Assembly: GCF_001194135.2 (NCBI RefSeq)
Contig: NC_068982.1
Location: 9,764,088 to 9,827,840 of the forward strand
Source: Octopus bimaculoides
Lineage: Eukaryota
Direction of reading: 5' to 3'
Length of the DNA stretch: 63,753 bases
Below are positions 51,421 through 63,753 of the stretch, in pieces. Position numbers and translations under genes: made by a program. A model generated the notes under the pieces. It was not told the origin of the DNA, did no database searches, and saw only the letters and a list, made by a program, of their open reading frames with translations. How positions within the stretch are numbered: position 1 is the stretch's first letter; each line of letters starts with the position of its first letter.

Positions 51421-54400
51421 AACTAACAAAATTCAGACTATCTTCTAAGCATGGCGTTTTAATTTTCTTGAAATTATCTCCTTATATATTTTGAGAATTG
51501 CTAACAATTGCTACCAGATGATTAGTTTCTTCCTCTATCAAGACAAGGATTAATTTCATTGAGAATTTTTTGAATACATTATTTGATCTATCAGCATCTA
51601 TCTGATTTACCTGAATTCATGCCATTTCCTTGAGATGTTTCCTAGCCAATCCTTTTTATCGTTATGTCAATTTTCTATATTGTCAAATTCAAAGTATTCA
51701 TTTTAATGACAAATAACAGTTGAAAAGAAAATTATACATTTATTAATTAGTGTTTCTAATATTTTCCAAACAGCATGCTAATCTTTGTTCATTTCTTTTT
51801 CACTAGCTTTCTCTGAAATCTTTCCCTTTCTGTAAAACATGACAGTTTTTGATGGTATTAACAAAATATAAAATTGAAAATAATCCAAGACAATAGTGAA
51901 AAGAACTGAATGGTGTTTGTTATATGAAATTATCAAATAAATTTAAAACATATTCTTAAGCTAATAATTGTCAAATAAAATGTAAATCAATAGAAAGAAG
52001 AAATATTTTGCATTTTGACAGCCAACTGCTTATCAGTTATTGAAAACACTGTCTTACAATATCATTGAAAATAAAATAGTATTGGATATAAATTTTTGCT
52101 TGTTTCAGGAAGTAAGAAATTTCTTTCTGACATTATATACCAAGGATAAGAGAGGGCAATTGCATTAGATTACTGACCCAAATTTCATAACTTGTAGTCG
52201 CCAGCCAGTGTAATGTTCCCTCTTTTACACAAAGCTTTTTATTCCATGAAATTGGTATCTAAAAATTCTTCTGTTTTTAAGACAAGACAATAAGTATTGT
52301 CCAGAAAAAGTGGATGCCTCACAAATAAGAAATCATCATAAAAGCATTATGTCGATCTGACTGATGGTGGGATACATTAAGATAAAAGTCACAGTAGAGG
52401 GTTTAAGTAATCTAATTTAACACTATTACTTGCGAATACATTTTCTATTAGATTAACATTTATTTTTATTGAAACTCTTTTATGTATTTCTTATCAAGTA
52501 GATAGCTACAGTTTACAACAATCAGATTAAAAACTTTCCATACAAAATTGTGAGTGTGGTTATAAATATTTCATATGGAAGGAATATACTAAAGATTTAC
52601 ACCAGAAGATGCATGGTTTATCTATGACTTGCTCTTATTACGCAAAATTAAGAGCAAAGTCATCGATGGTACTTTATTATGGATGCAATACTTATCAATA
52701 ATACTAAATATTTCTTTGGTTAGAAAACTCTTCTACCTATTTCTGACGTCATTTATTTTGTCTGCTTTGCTATTAGTTTTTGTGTCTTCATAAATATGAA
52801 TACAAATATGTGTGTGTATGTATCATAATTGCTGATGAGAAAGAAATTGCTGTATGTTGACATTGATAATAGCCATAGTAGAGGAATACCAAGAATGACC
52901 ATGGGAAGAAGTACTGGTAAGATTAGATGATGATGTCAATGTTCACAGATGAGATGAAAGAGGATTGATAGCAGTAAGACAAATAGCAGGCATGTATTAA
53001 TACGGAAAGCATGGAAATATGAATGTTAATACAATGAAATTTATGACAATAGATACTCCATGAATATCCTGTCTTCAAAATCCAAATCATAGTTTTTAGG
53101 AACAATACCATTAATATGAAGCTTGAAATAATATTGACAGTATTAAAGACCATTATAAAACAAATTTATTATAAATGTAATTTATTTGAATGTCTTATTG
53201 ACACTGTCATTTATTGGACAAATAAGAAAATTATAAAAATAAAACTGCATTTCTACAAGCTAAATGTCCATTATTTGAAGTATACGATGTGTGTGAAAGC
53301 ACACTATAAAAATAATGGTTGAAATAGAATTTCTCTTGTATCATTTATTTTTTCACTATTCCATAGATTTCCACACTTAAGATGTCCCTTTTTTACACAA
53401 CTTGGGTAAATTTATATTTTTATCTATTCAACAACAATAAAGTATATACCAGTAATACACGAATATTTATCACCATTGAAGTAGTAAATATCAGAAAGAG
53501 TTCAATATATTTTTTTTTTAAATATTGCTTCCAAAGTCATGGTGAGACTTCTTTCCTCACCTTTAGTTTCTAATACTGAAAATGGTTCTATCAATATTTA
53601 TATTCACCAAATTTTTCAGAGCAATGCATGCACTGGAGTTTTGAAAGTAATTATCCTAAACTGTAAGGGTTGTACTAATACATTAATAATATTACTGTTC
53701 ACATAAACAAAAGAAACAGTATTTCTTTCTGAATTATATGGATGATTTTGCAGCGTGTGTAAAAGAAATTCCGTTCAATACCAAACACTAATAGAATTCC
53801 TAAGCTGAAAGAGCAGGAAAAAAAAATACATAAAAACAAACAGCAAAAACCACCAGCCTAAAGAGATTCGATAGAAAGAAAAATAAATGTTTCAACCATT
53901 AATGTAGTGCCATTCTAAAGAAAACATTAATATATTTTTTTCATTTGGCTTTTTCTCCTCATACAAAGAGTGAAGATAATGGTAGTGTATCTTGAATGAA
54001 AGATACTTGGTTGGGTTAATTCCTTTCTCCAAATTTTAACTAAATACTTATTGCTTTTCATGTAAGCAATCAATACTTAATTTTCTCAGCAGATTTGGTC
54101 TCCTCTATAGAGATAAACCAATCATAATTATTTGTCGGATGTTGGTAGTTTTTTATGTTTTAAAGGAGAAAAGTTCTAATATGCACAGAATTATGTATTT
54201 TGTGTGCACACACATGTGCATACATATATGTATATACATAATTTCATACATGTGCATGCATGTAATATATATATGTATATATATGTGTGTAGTATACAGA
54301 TATAACTACTATATAAGGAATCATTATACATGAGCTATTTCAAGTTTCATGCTCAGTTAGTGCAATAATCAAATGGGCTTGTATAGCATACAATGCAAGG

Positions 54401-54612
54401 TATGCTATGCAAACATGGTATGCTTAAAATGTTTCTTAATATTTCCTATTTTTTTGCCCCCCCCCCTTTTCTCAACTCTGTCCACTTATTGCAATATCTA
54501 AGCATGAAACTTGAAATAGTTCATGTATAATTCCTATATTAATCAAATGATATTAATCTCTCAATTGACCAAGTATTTTTTCTATTGATCTTTTCAACAA
54601 GCGAGCAATACA

Positions 54613-54661
<49 letters not shown>

Positions 54662-55341
54662 GTATGCCTGCATTTATGTGTGCGGAGTAAAAATGCAAGC
54701 ATAATATCACTGAACACAAAGTACAGATATGACAGCAAAAAAAAAAATGCAAGAACGAAGCAAAATTATAATCAATATAGAAATTAAAAAGACTACTGTC
54801 AATACAGTAAAAACACTAGCAAAAATCAGGGCTTGACAACACAGAAATGAGAACTGCTTCTCTACTATAGTGACTTTAATCAGAATTTCAAAAGAAACAT
54901 AGAAGTTACAACTGTTTTATGTTTTAAGATCTAACAATCCTAGTCATAAATGAATCATGTTTCTATAAACGGTTTTGCATATTTTACTATATCTAATATT
55001 GTAACAAAATCTAAAATGAAAATACCACCAGCTTTTAAGAGCTTATGCTTAAAGTGAACAAAAGGTACATTTCCAACTGTATTGCAGACAGATGTATCAC
55101 TGGTATGATTCTTGTACCAACTTAAATATCTGGTATCAACCAATTCCAGGTAACCTCTAAGGGAAATTTGGCATAGGGAATTTTCCACATCCTGACCAAT
55201 ATATGATTATAAGTCTGTCATGTATTTAAATATTTGTATATGTATTTATATATTTATATATGTGGTCGTTACTTTTTTTATACATAAATAATAAGTTAAT
55301 TAATATTATTTAATACTGAAATATGCTGTGATACTATTTAA

Positions 55342-55563
55342 CCCTTTCGTTACAGCATTTATTTTGAGATGCTCTCTGTATTTCTTTCAATTGCTTTAAA
55401 TATAACAAAGAATTTAGTAAAATAACTGAGCTATCATTAAGCTAGTGTTAGGAACATAAATTGTGGCTAAGGTTTGGTGGAAGATTTTAATTCAAAACTT
55501 ATGAAAATAAGACATTTGTACTCAGAGCCAGAGGCGATTTCAGCCGGGTTGGTAACGTAAGGG
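55342..55563. mobile_element. piggyBac-type MITE
   Basis: TTAA duplication at 55338-55341 and 55564-55567; TIRs CCCTTTCGTTAC / GTAACGTAAGGG. Confidence 0.85.
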
Positions 55564-55791
55564 TTAATATTGTAATACTGTAATTTATATATTATAACAA
55601 ATTACTAAATTCATTGTAATTTCAAGTTTACCTGGAATTATATTGTATAATAATGAACAACACAGAAAGTCACAAGCTAAGATTTGTGTCAGTGATTTCA
55701 AAGACAGATATGTTATTATTTATGTTAAAAAGAATCCTTGCTTATCAATGTAAAAATGTAAATTCCATGAATCTATGAGAAACAGAGAGTG

Positions 55792-55793
<2 letters not shown>

Positions 55794-55831
<38 letters not shown>
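55794..55831. repeat. (GA)n microsatellite
   Basis: Directly visible. Confidence 0.95.
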
Positions 55832-55833
<2 letters not shown>

Positions 55834-56227
55834 ATGAGTTAGAAAGAAATGACAACTGAATAAAATATAAGAAAAATTGTAATTTTCATTTATCATTTGT
55901 TAACAAAGCCAAAGAATATGAATCACTAATTTAATTATGAATTAATTTAAAAGAATGTAAATTTTTTTATCACTATTTTCTAAATTTAATTAATCATCCA
56001 TGAGGAAGAAATGATAATTAGGAAGAAAATTGGATCCAGATCTCTGTTTAAGAATAATTTTCCTTTTAATTTACAATAGTTCATCCTACAGTACATTCAT
56101 TCTAGAAAGAAAACAGACAAGCAATACTTAGTGACAAGAGAGAGGAATTTGTTCTTGTGTCTATTTTTCATTGAAAAATATTTGTAATATTTTTAATTTC
56201 TCCATTGCTATTAACTTCTTAGTACCT

Positions 56228-56425
56228 CTTGGTACTTATTTTATCAACACTGAAACCAAAGTTGACCTCAGCAGAATTTAAACTCTAGCAGTCCAACCCA
56301 TGCTAGCATGGAAAGTGGACGTTAAACGATGATGATGATGATGATGATGGTGATGACGGTAAAAAGCAGACAAAATGTCACTGAGCAATTTGCCTGATAT
56401 GCTAACAATTCTGTCAGCTTGCCAG
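56228..56425 (-). mobile_element. Diverged family B SINE interrupted by an RTE tail
   Basis: GGTACTTATTTTATC..GCAGAATTTAAACTC, then the insert, then GCAGACAAAATG..GCTAACAATTCTGTCAGCTTGCC. Confidence 0.7.
56292..56357 (+). mobile_element. RTE 3' tail fragment ending in (GAT)n
   Basis: CCAACCCATGCTAGCATGGAAAGTGGACGTTAAACGATGATGATG, the reverse-orientation match to the tail at 47243. Confidence 0.85.
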
Positions 56426-56434
56426 TTTGAAATA

Positions 56435-56648
56435 TCGATTTCAAATTCTGACACAAAGCCAGCAATTTAGGAGAAGAGGAAAGTCAATCAGAGAAACCCA
56501 AGTACACAACTGGTACTTATTTTAACGATTCTGAAAGGATAAAAGGCAAAGCTGACTTTGGCAGAATTTGAACTCTGAACATAAAGTTGAATAAAATGCA
56601 ACTAAGCATTTTGCCCAGCAAGCTAACGGCTCTGCCAGTTTGCTGCCT
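56435..56648 (-). mobile_element. SINE family B, tail type 1, CpG-decayed
   Basis: TTTCAAATTCTGACACAAAGCCAGC..GAAAGGATAAAAGGCAAAG..CTGCCAGTTTGCTGCC. Confidence 0.8.
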
Positions 56649-56654
56649 AATTGG

Positions 56655-56851
56655 ATAAAGATAAAAGGGACAAACAGGGGATTAAGTCGATTACTTCGAC
56701 TCCGGTGCATAAGTGGTACTTATTTAATTGACCCCAAAAGAATGAAAAGCAAAGTCGACCTTGGTGGAATTTGAACTCAGAATGTAACGGCAGACAAAAT
56801 ACCGTTAAGTTTTTCGCCCAGTGTGCTAATGATTCTACTAGCTCGCCGCCC
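56655..56851 (-). mobile_element. SINE family B, tail type 3
   Basis: GGGACAAACAGGGGATTAAGTCGATTAC..GCAAAGTCGACCTTGGTGGAATTTGAACTC..GCTCGCCGCC; TAATTG on both sides. Confidence 0.85.
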
Positions 56852-58580
56852 TAATTGTTTTAAATATTGCAACATAATATGAAGTGAATGGTAGAGGTTC
56901 ATTGAAGAATCTCTCTGGAATTGGTAAAGCAAGTATTCTACAACTAGAAATTTTTGTTTGAACTAGAATATAATAAAATCAAACGACAGTGATTCTTAAT
57001 ATTGAGTAGACTGAATCAGAACAATGCATGTTGCTTATTGGAATCACAGCATAGAAAGAGCGAAAGATTTAATACATAATAATCCTTTTAGTGTTAGAAT
57101 AGAGAGAAAGAGAGAAAATGATAGGAAAGAGACTGGAATGATGATGATTAATGTAAAGAATTTCAATGCTAATTGAGAAAAATACTGTACTACAGAAGTC
57201 TTTTGTTTTAGTTTTCACTAATTTACAGTTTTATAAATGTGGTTTAAGTATAGCCAGGAAGATTCAATTACAATTCATTTTGTGCATTTTTTAAAGTTCA
57301 GCTAATATAGAGAACAGAATTGTCTTTTCATGTTAAATTTTAAGTTATATTAAATCTTGAGTTAATTTAAGCTATTCACAAAGACAGTCAATTATAGAAA
57401 GACTCTCCAGTTAGATATTTTCATTCAACATTTTTTGGAAAATATTTCAAAATTTTACTTAAATAAGCAACTAACTTGAAACAATGGAAGCAAAATAATG
57501 AAATAATTTTGCTCTTATTTTGTTTTCCAAGAGGTAAAATATTTAAGTTAAACTGAAAATTTTTGAGAGGAATAGTTTCTCAGAGAAGCAAAGTTCCTTT
57601 GTTACACAAATAACTAAGAACAAAATAACAACGAAAACAAAAGAGAGGATAAAAAATATGATATTTCCAACAATATTTTTATATTTATGATTTTTATTCA
57701 ACAAATTTCATGTTTTTCCAAGATTTACATGTATAACAAATAACAATAGAAAGATCTACAAAACACATCAATGACTGGAAATGACTTCTGGATGAATTTA
57801 GGTTAAACAAACACCAGATCCATAAATATAACAAAAACAAATTTTTATCCATGAAATAAAAACAGAAGTATCTCATGAAAATTGAAGATAGGAAAATAAT
57901 TTTATAAAATGTCTATTAATGTTGTAAGGGTTATTCAAATTACAAAAATTCAGACATAAAATTGGATATAGGACAATCCTTTTGATTGTATGGATGAATT
58001 AATTTTTAAAATATTAAGTCACTGTCAATACATTGGAACAGTATAATTAAAAGAAAACTGTTCAAATATGATGAGAAAAAAGTAGCAAGAAGTAAATAGA
58101 CTTTAATAAATGAAAATTTGCACAATACTGAAACAGAGAAATAGGCAAATTGAAATTCTTGTGGAATGAAAAATAGCAAAATAACAGTGTGGAATGATAA
58201 AGGAAAAAAAAAAAAAACTAAAACACAATAACTTGTCAGGCACATCATCTAAATCTACTCTAATTAAAATGTAATTTATTAAAGAATGTTATAACAATAC
58301 ATTAAAACACATATTTTGGTTTATTTTCAGTTTTGATTTTATTCTCAAATATCTCATTCAGATTTTTTGTGACGTAATACGATGAATTACGGAATTAATT
58401 AAATGCAATGTAATGAACATTTATTCTACAAACTTGGAACTGGATTCTGCAAGCTTTCATAATCAGAGAAATAAATTCTAATAATTTTACTTAGGAACTG
58501 CAATGTTCTTTTTTTTATTGTTTTATTTTTTTGCTATTCTTTTCTTTAAAATTTGAAATAGTGCATAAAAATATATCTAT

Positions 58581-59178
58581 NNNNNNNNNNNNNNNNNNNN
58601 NNNNNNNNNNNNNNNNNNNNNNNNNNNNNNNNNNNNNNNNNNNNNNNNNNNNNNNNNNNNNNNNNNNNNNNNNNNNNNNNNNNNNNNNNNNNNNNNNNNN
58701 NNNNNNNNNNNNNNNNNNNNNNNNNNNNNNNNNNNNNNNNNNNNNNNNNNNNNNNNNNNNNNNNNNNNNNNNNNNNNNNNNNNNNNNNNNNNNNNNNNNN
58801 NNNNNNNNNNNNNNNNNNNNNNNNNNNNNNNNNNNNNNNNNNNNNNNNNNNNNNNNNNNNNNNNNNNNNNNNNNNNNNNNNNNNNNNNNNNNNNNNNNNN
58901 NNNNNNNNNNNNNNNNNNNNNNNNNNNNNNNNNNNNNNNNNNNNNNNNNNNNNNNNNNNNNNNNNNNNNNNNNNNNNNNNNNNNNNNNNNNNNNNNNNNN
59001 NNNNNNNNNNNNNNNNNNNNNNNNNNNNNNNNNNNNNNNNNNNNNNNNNNNNNNNNNNNNNNNNNNNNNNNNNNNNNNNNNNNNNNNNNNNNNNNNNNNN
59101 NNNNNNNNNNNNNNNNNNNNNNNNNNNNNNNNNNNNNNNNNNNNNNNNNNNNNNNNNNNNNNNNNNNNNNNNNNNNNN
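58581..59178. other. Assembly gap flanked by (TA)n
   Basis: N run. Confidence 0.99.
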
Positions 59179-59211
59179 ATATATATATATACATATATAC
59201 ATATATATACA

Positions 59212-59253
<42 letters not shown>

Positions 59254-60789
59254 ACTATATGTGTATATGTATATGTACAGATTTGTGTCGAAGGAGAAGA
59301 GAGAAAGAGAAGGACATAAAATTTGAAATGAGACACTGAGACTTGTTTAGAAAGATAACATTCATATCTCAGAGTATTAAATGCAGTTTTAATTTCACAT
59401 TTACAGGTATGAGTTGAGTATTAGTGCAATTTGGTTTTGAAATAGCAAAATGGTTTCTAATCTAACAGATAAATTCTTGAAGTAGTATTTAAATATAGTA
59501 TGAAAGCATATAAAAGAATCAATGAAGATTTCTAAAATTATATTGAAGTGTCAAAGATTAAATTTTAAAAGAGGAACGATACAAAGAGGACTATATTGTA
59601 AAACTATGGAGACGTGTTTTAAAAAATATAAAAAAATATATAAGTTTTCAGAGAACGTTGAAGGATGATAATAAAGGTATATGAGAAGTTTTAAAACATA
59701 TTCTCAGCAGCAAATTCAGAAGCCAATTTTTGTTAAAATATAAATTTGCAGAGATTGCTAACTGCTTAAGTGTTTCATAAATATTAAAATAAGAGAAGAC
59801 AAATAAGATTACTAACTACTCTCTAATATCTATTTGAAGAAAATTTATGGAATAGAAGTATGTAGAAAACAGTGAAGAAGAACAAATTAAAAACAATTAT
59901 TTTCAAGTATTTTTGTTGTTTTTGTTTTCCTTATTCCAAGAGGCCAGATTTCATCCAATATGAAAGAACATGAATATAGAAACGAGAGGTTAAATTAGAA
60001 GTTGTAATAATATCAAGAACCGTGTACCAAATGAATATTAGTCTCTTGTAACATACAAACTGGGTATTTTAGAATCTATATGTAGACCGGATGACAAAGA
60101 TGAAAATCCTTAGTTATTGGTGATGCTTTATTCTAAGCTGTGCTTATGCTCAGTTCAAAAGCAAATTTAATCATAACTAAAACTCTTATAAATTTAGAAA
60201 AAAGGTTTATCACTCAAAATGTCTTCTAACTTTGCCTTCATTATTCATATTTCATTCTAATCTATTATTTTATTCATTAAAAAAAAAAACAAAAAAAACA
60301 ATTCATACTATTCAGAAATTTTATAATGATTTTAATAATGTAATTTCTGATTTATTTTGTCACATATATTCATATGTGCATGTGTGTGAGTGTTCAAAAT
60401 TAACTTTATCTTTCTGCTATAACAAAGTAAGATGCACGCACACACACACACACACACAAGTACATACATCCTATATCTACCTATTTGTTTTTTGTTTATC
60501 TATCTATATATCCATATCTGTGTGTATACACACACAAATAAATAGGTATTCTTCTGTATATCAAATCCTTGATATAAATATTTTATTATATAAATGTTTT
60601 TGAAACCAGATTCAACAATTTATTTCTGCAAACTCACCAGTCGAGTATCATTAGAGTTACTCCTTTGTATTCTATGCTGACAGAAGTCGGTACTTTTATA
60701 ATATAAGTGCAATCTGTTTCTATACCAATATATTTTAATTACATCTCGAACACAAGTAACCTGCTGTTTCTCATGTGCTTTATATAATT

Positions 60790-61021
60790 ATTTCCTTATT
60801 GCCCACAGGGGGCTAAACATAGAGGGGACAAACAAGGACAGACAAAGGGATGAAGTCGATTACATCGACCCCAGTGCTTAACTGGTACTTATTTAATCGA
60901 CCTTGAAAAAGGATGAAAGGCAAAGTCGACCTCGGCAGAATTTGAACTCAGAATGTAACGGCAGACGAAATACCGCTAAGCATTTTGCCCGGTGTGCTAA
61001 TGTTTCTGTCAGCTTGCCGCC
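60790..61021 (-). mobile_element. SINE family B, tail type 3, with TSD
   Basis: TTATTGCCCACAGGGGGCTAAACATAGAGGGGACAAACAAGG tail; TTTATATAAT on both sides. Confidence 0.92.
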
Positions 61022-61052
61022 TTTATATAATACTGAAACTAAAATATATTCA

Positions 61053-61415
61053 ATAAAATGATAGCATGTTGTTAACTTAATGTGACAGTCACATAAAAGG
61101 GAAGAATGCTACTGTTATTTAGCCTTAGAAAACACCATTTCCTGTTGGACTTGACACATTTCCTGTGTCATTATGTTTTCAAAGGTGGATAGACACCGAC
61201 AGCTAGCAAGCCATGCTACTCCAGACTGATGATGAGCAAGGACTCTGGAACTGGTCTCTGGATGCTGGTTTTGCTGGGTGGAGGTGCTTGTCTCCACTTT
61301 GAAAACATAAGGACACAGGAAATGTGTCAAGCTCAATAGGAAACGGTGTTTCCTAGGGCTAAATAATAGTAGCATTCTTCCCTTTCATTAAGATGACAAC
61401 ATGCTATCACTTTAT
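61053..61415. mobile_element. Fold-back/MITE-like element with about 130-bp inverted arms and a hammerhead-like centre
   Basis: 61053-61195 pairs with 61289-61415 (e.g. AAAGGGAAGAATGCTACT/AGTAGCATTCTTCCCTTT, TTGACACATTTCCTGTGTC/GACACAGGAAATGTGTCAA). Confidence 0.88.
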
Positions 61416-62384
61416 CGTGCTGCTACTGCATAAATCTCTCTGAGAGATTTAGAAATATATTATTTCTATTTTGAAAAATATTCTTTTCTAAATAATATAA
61501 TATTCACCAAATATTGACAGAGGCTGTTTCTGGAACTGAAAACATCTAAGACGTTTTAATTTTAATGAATTACAAAAAAGCAACAACTACATTAAATAGT
61601 AGAAGACAAATAAAGATATGTATCTTCAAACAATATTATCTACTTCACCAGAACAGATAATTGTAATGACGGAGCTAAACTTAAATATAAGACATTTCAA
61701 CTTTTGCTGTTTGGAATTCCATAGCAAAAGAAGGTAAATTACTACTCAACAATGCTATTATTCACAGAGACACTATTTCACTAACTCTTCAAATGCTTTC
61801 GGGAATGGTATGTCACAATTTCCAGTACCTCAACTAAAAGTTAATAATGGTGATCTATTATTGGAGAGTTTTGATAACAAAGAGTGAAGACATTAACTAT
61901 GGACATTAGATAAGAGCGTATGGAATACATAAATAATTATACTATATATCCATAGGTATTTGAGAGAGGATTTAAACAAGGACATTCAAATACCTATATA
62001 CCACAAATCTGTTACGTTTTGTGCAATTATCTATGTTTGCATTTTCTGAGATTCATAATTTCAGCACTATTAGCTATAAAACCACAACAATGGACTCATA
62101 TTTGATATATAATACCAGTTTGAAAATTCAAAATTTTATCAATAATTTTTTGAATTATATTGTATAACTATGCACAACAATAAAATTTACGAACATCAAA
62201 ACAACAGCCGCAAGAGTGAAAGTTTGAAAAATTTAAACTTCATACCTATTCTATGCACAACACAATATAAATGAGAAGTTAAAACATTATAAAGCAACAT
62301 TGTTGTTTGAATTCCTATTCCAGAAAAAAGTGAAACCTCAAAATAATTAAATATATTTCAGTTACCCATTAAAACTCATATGTA

Positions 62385-62511
62385 AGAAATATAAATGTAT
62401 ACACACACATATATGTACAACCAAGTATGTATGTGTGTGTGTATGTATATATAAATATATATATATATGCATGTATGTTTGTGTATATATATATATATGT
62501 ATATATGTTTC

Positions 62512-62580
<69 letters not shown>

Positions 62581-62650
62581 GCATATATATTTGTGTATAT
62601 TATATATGTATATTTGCTTGTATGTTTGTATATATATATAAATATGTGTT

Positions 62651-62745
<95 letters not shown>

Positions 62746-62923
62746 CTATGCATGTGCCTCTGATTATATATATTTGTGCCTATCTCCATCAACATACACA
62801 CACTTATGTCTGTGAATACAATTAGTGAGTGAGCATGAGTAAGCATTCAAATCCGCAAATCGGCATTTATACATATGTGTATGCATCTAAATAAATATAT
62901 TATATGTATGGGTGTACACACAT

Positions 62924-62956
<33 letters not shown>

Positions 62957-63275
62957 CACACACTATGTACACAAACATATAAACACAGACATATAGATAT
63001 GACTATGGATAAATATGTATCTATATTAAAGATGTATATATGTGTGTATGTATATATATATGTTTTTATAGTTGTGTGTGTGTATATATATGTATGTATA
63101 CATATATATATATACAATAAATTCTAAATGCAAAAATAAAAACAAAACACAAAGGATTCTGCAGTACATATAGATACATGCATCTAAGTATATGAATACA
63201 TATGTGACCATACATACATAGTTCCATATAAGTAGATATATGCATATTGATATGCACAAGTATGCATGTATATAA

Positions 63276-63332
<57 letters not shown>

Positions 63333-63375
63333 TATATTTATATGTATGTACATGTATGTATGCATTTATGTAAAT
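62385..63375. repeat. About 1-kb (TA)/(TG)/(CA) low-complexity region
   Basis: Directly visible; source of the many YI-repeat ORFs. Confidence 0.95.
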
Positions 63376-63753
63376 AAATATGAAAACATACTTTTATATA
63401 ATTCCCTTACCTTAAATTTTTTCCAAATTCTTACCACTCCTTAGGGTATTGTCCTTCCATTTCCTTTTTTTTTTTTTCTTCCCTCATGCTTGATTTACCC
63501 CTAACCTGCTGTCCACCACTTAACCTACCTTCCTCTAAATTTGAAATTACTACTATCCCTCCAATTAGATTTTAAATTCTTGTTTGATTCACTTGTCTGT
63601 GAAACAGCAGCATAGTCGAGATGTGTTTTCTTCTCTTACTCTTGTTCTTTGCAAACATCTTCAAATGACTTTCTAAAATGAAATTCCCTTATGCAGCTGA
63701 GGAGTACATTTTCATTGTATTTTCTGTGGTGTTCTCACTACATGAATAAATGG

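Noticed and set aside
61115-61375. 86-aa minus-strand ORF
   Set aside because: It lies inside the inverted-repeat element; no protein features.
1573-63444. Long ORFs in the supplied track (YIYI/X-rich, e.g. 18458-19339, 58515-59336, 62376-62846)
   Set aside because: They are translations of (TA)n/(TG)n microsatellites and N-gaps, not genes.

Overview
Eukaryotic, very AT-rich, almost entirely non-coding window with six N-gaps, each bordered by (TA)n. The repeat families (tRNA-headed SINEs, RTE tails ending in (GAT)n, a TTAA-flanked MITE) look like those of an octopus genome; this is inference from recalled sequence, not a database match. The supplied ORF track is essentially spurious (microsatellites, N-runs, antisense frames of repeats). 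One convincing coding exon sits on the minus strand at 42643-42746 (xFPTNLSDLTSKVSELPQKMAASVGEVTEKCSLQ*). It ends in a CaaX box and most likely is the last coding exon of complexin/synaphin; no upstream exons were found in the window. The most interesting signal is a set of hammerhead-ribozyme (HHR) motifs. (i) A non-autonomous element combines a tRNA-like Pol III head, an (AAT)n spacer and a minimal type-I hammerhead of the Penelope-like kind. It inserts as a head-to-head palindrome with about 12-bp target-site duplications (29.9-30.4 kb, 45.6-46.0 kb, 50.0-50.2 kb, plus a 67-bp derivative at 50.8 kb). (ii) A stand-alone hammerhead core with stems II and III intact lies at 51382-51420. (iii) A decayed hammerhead sits at the centre of a long-inverted-repeat element at 61.05-61.4 kb. 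(iv) A decayed hammerhead at 1962-1996 lies next to a long fold-back hairpin. All coordinates were counted by hand; repeat boundaries may be off by several bases, and family names come from recall.
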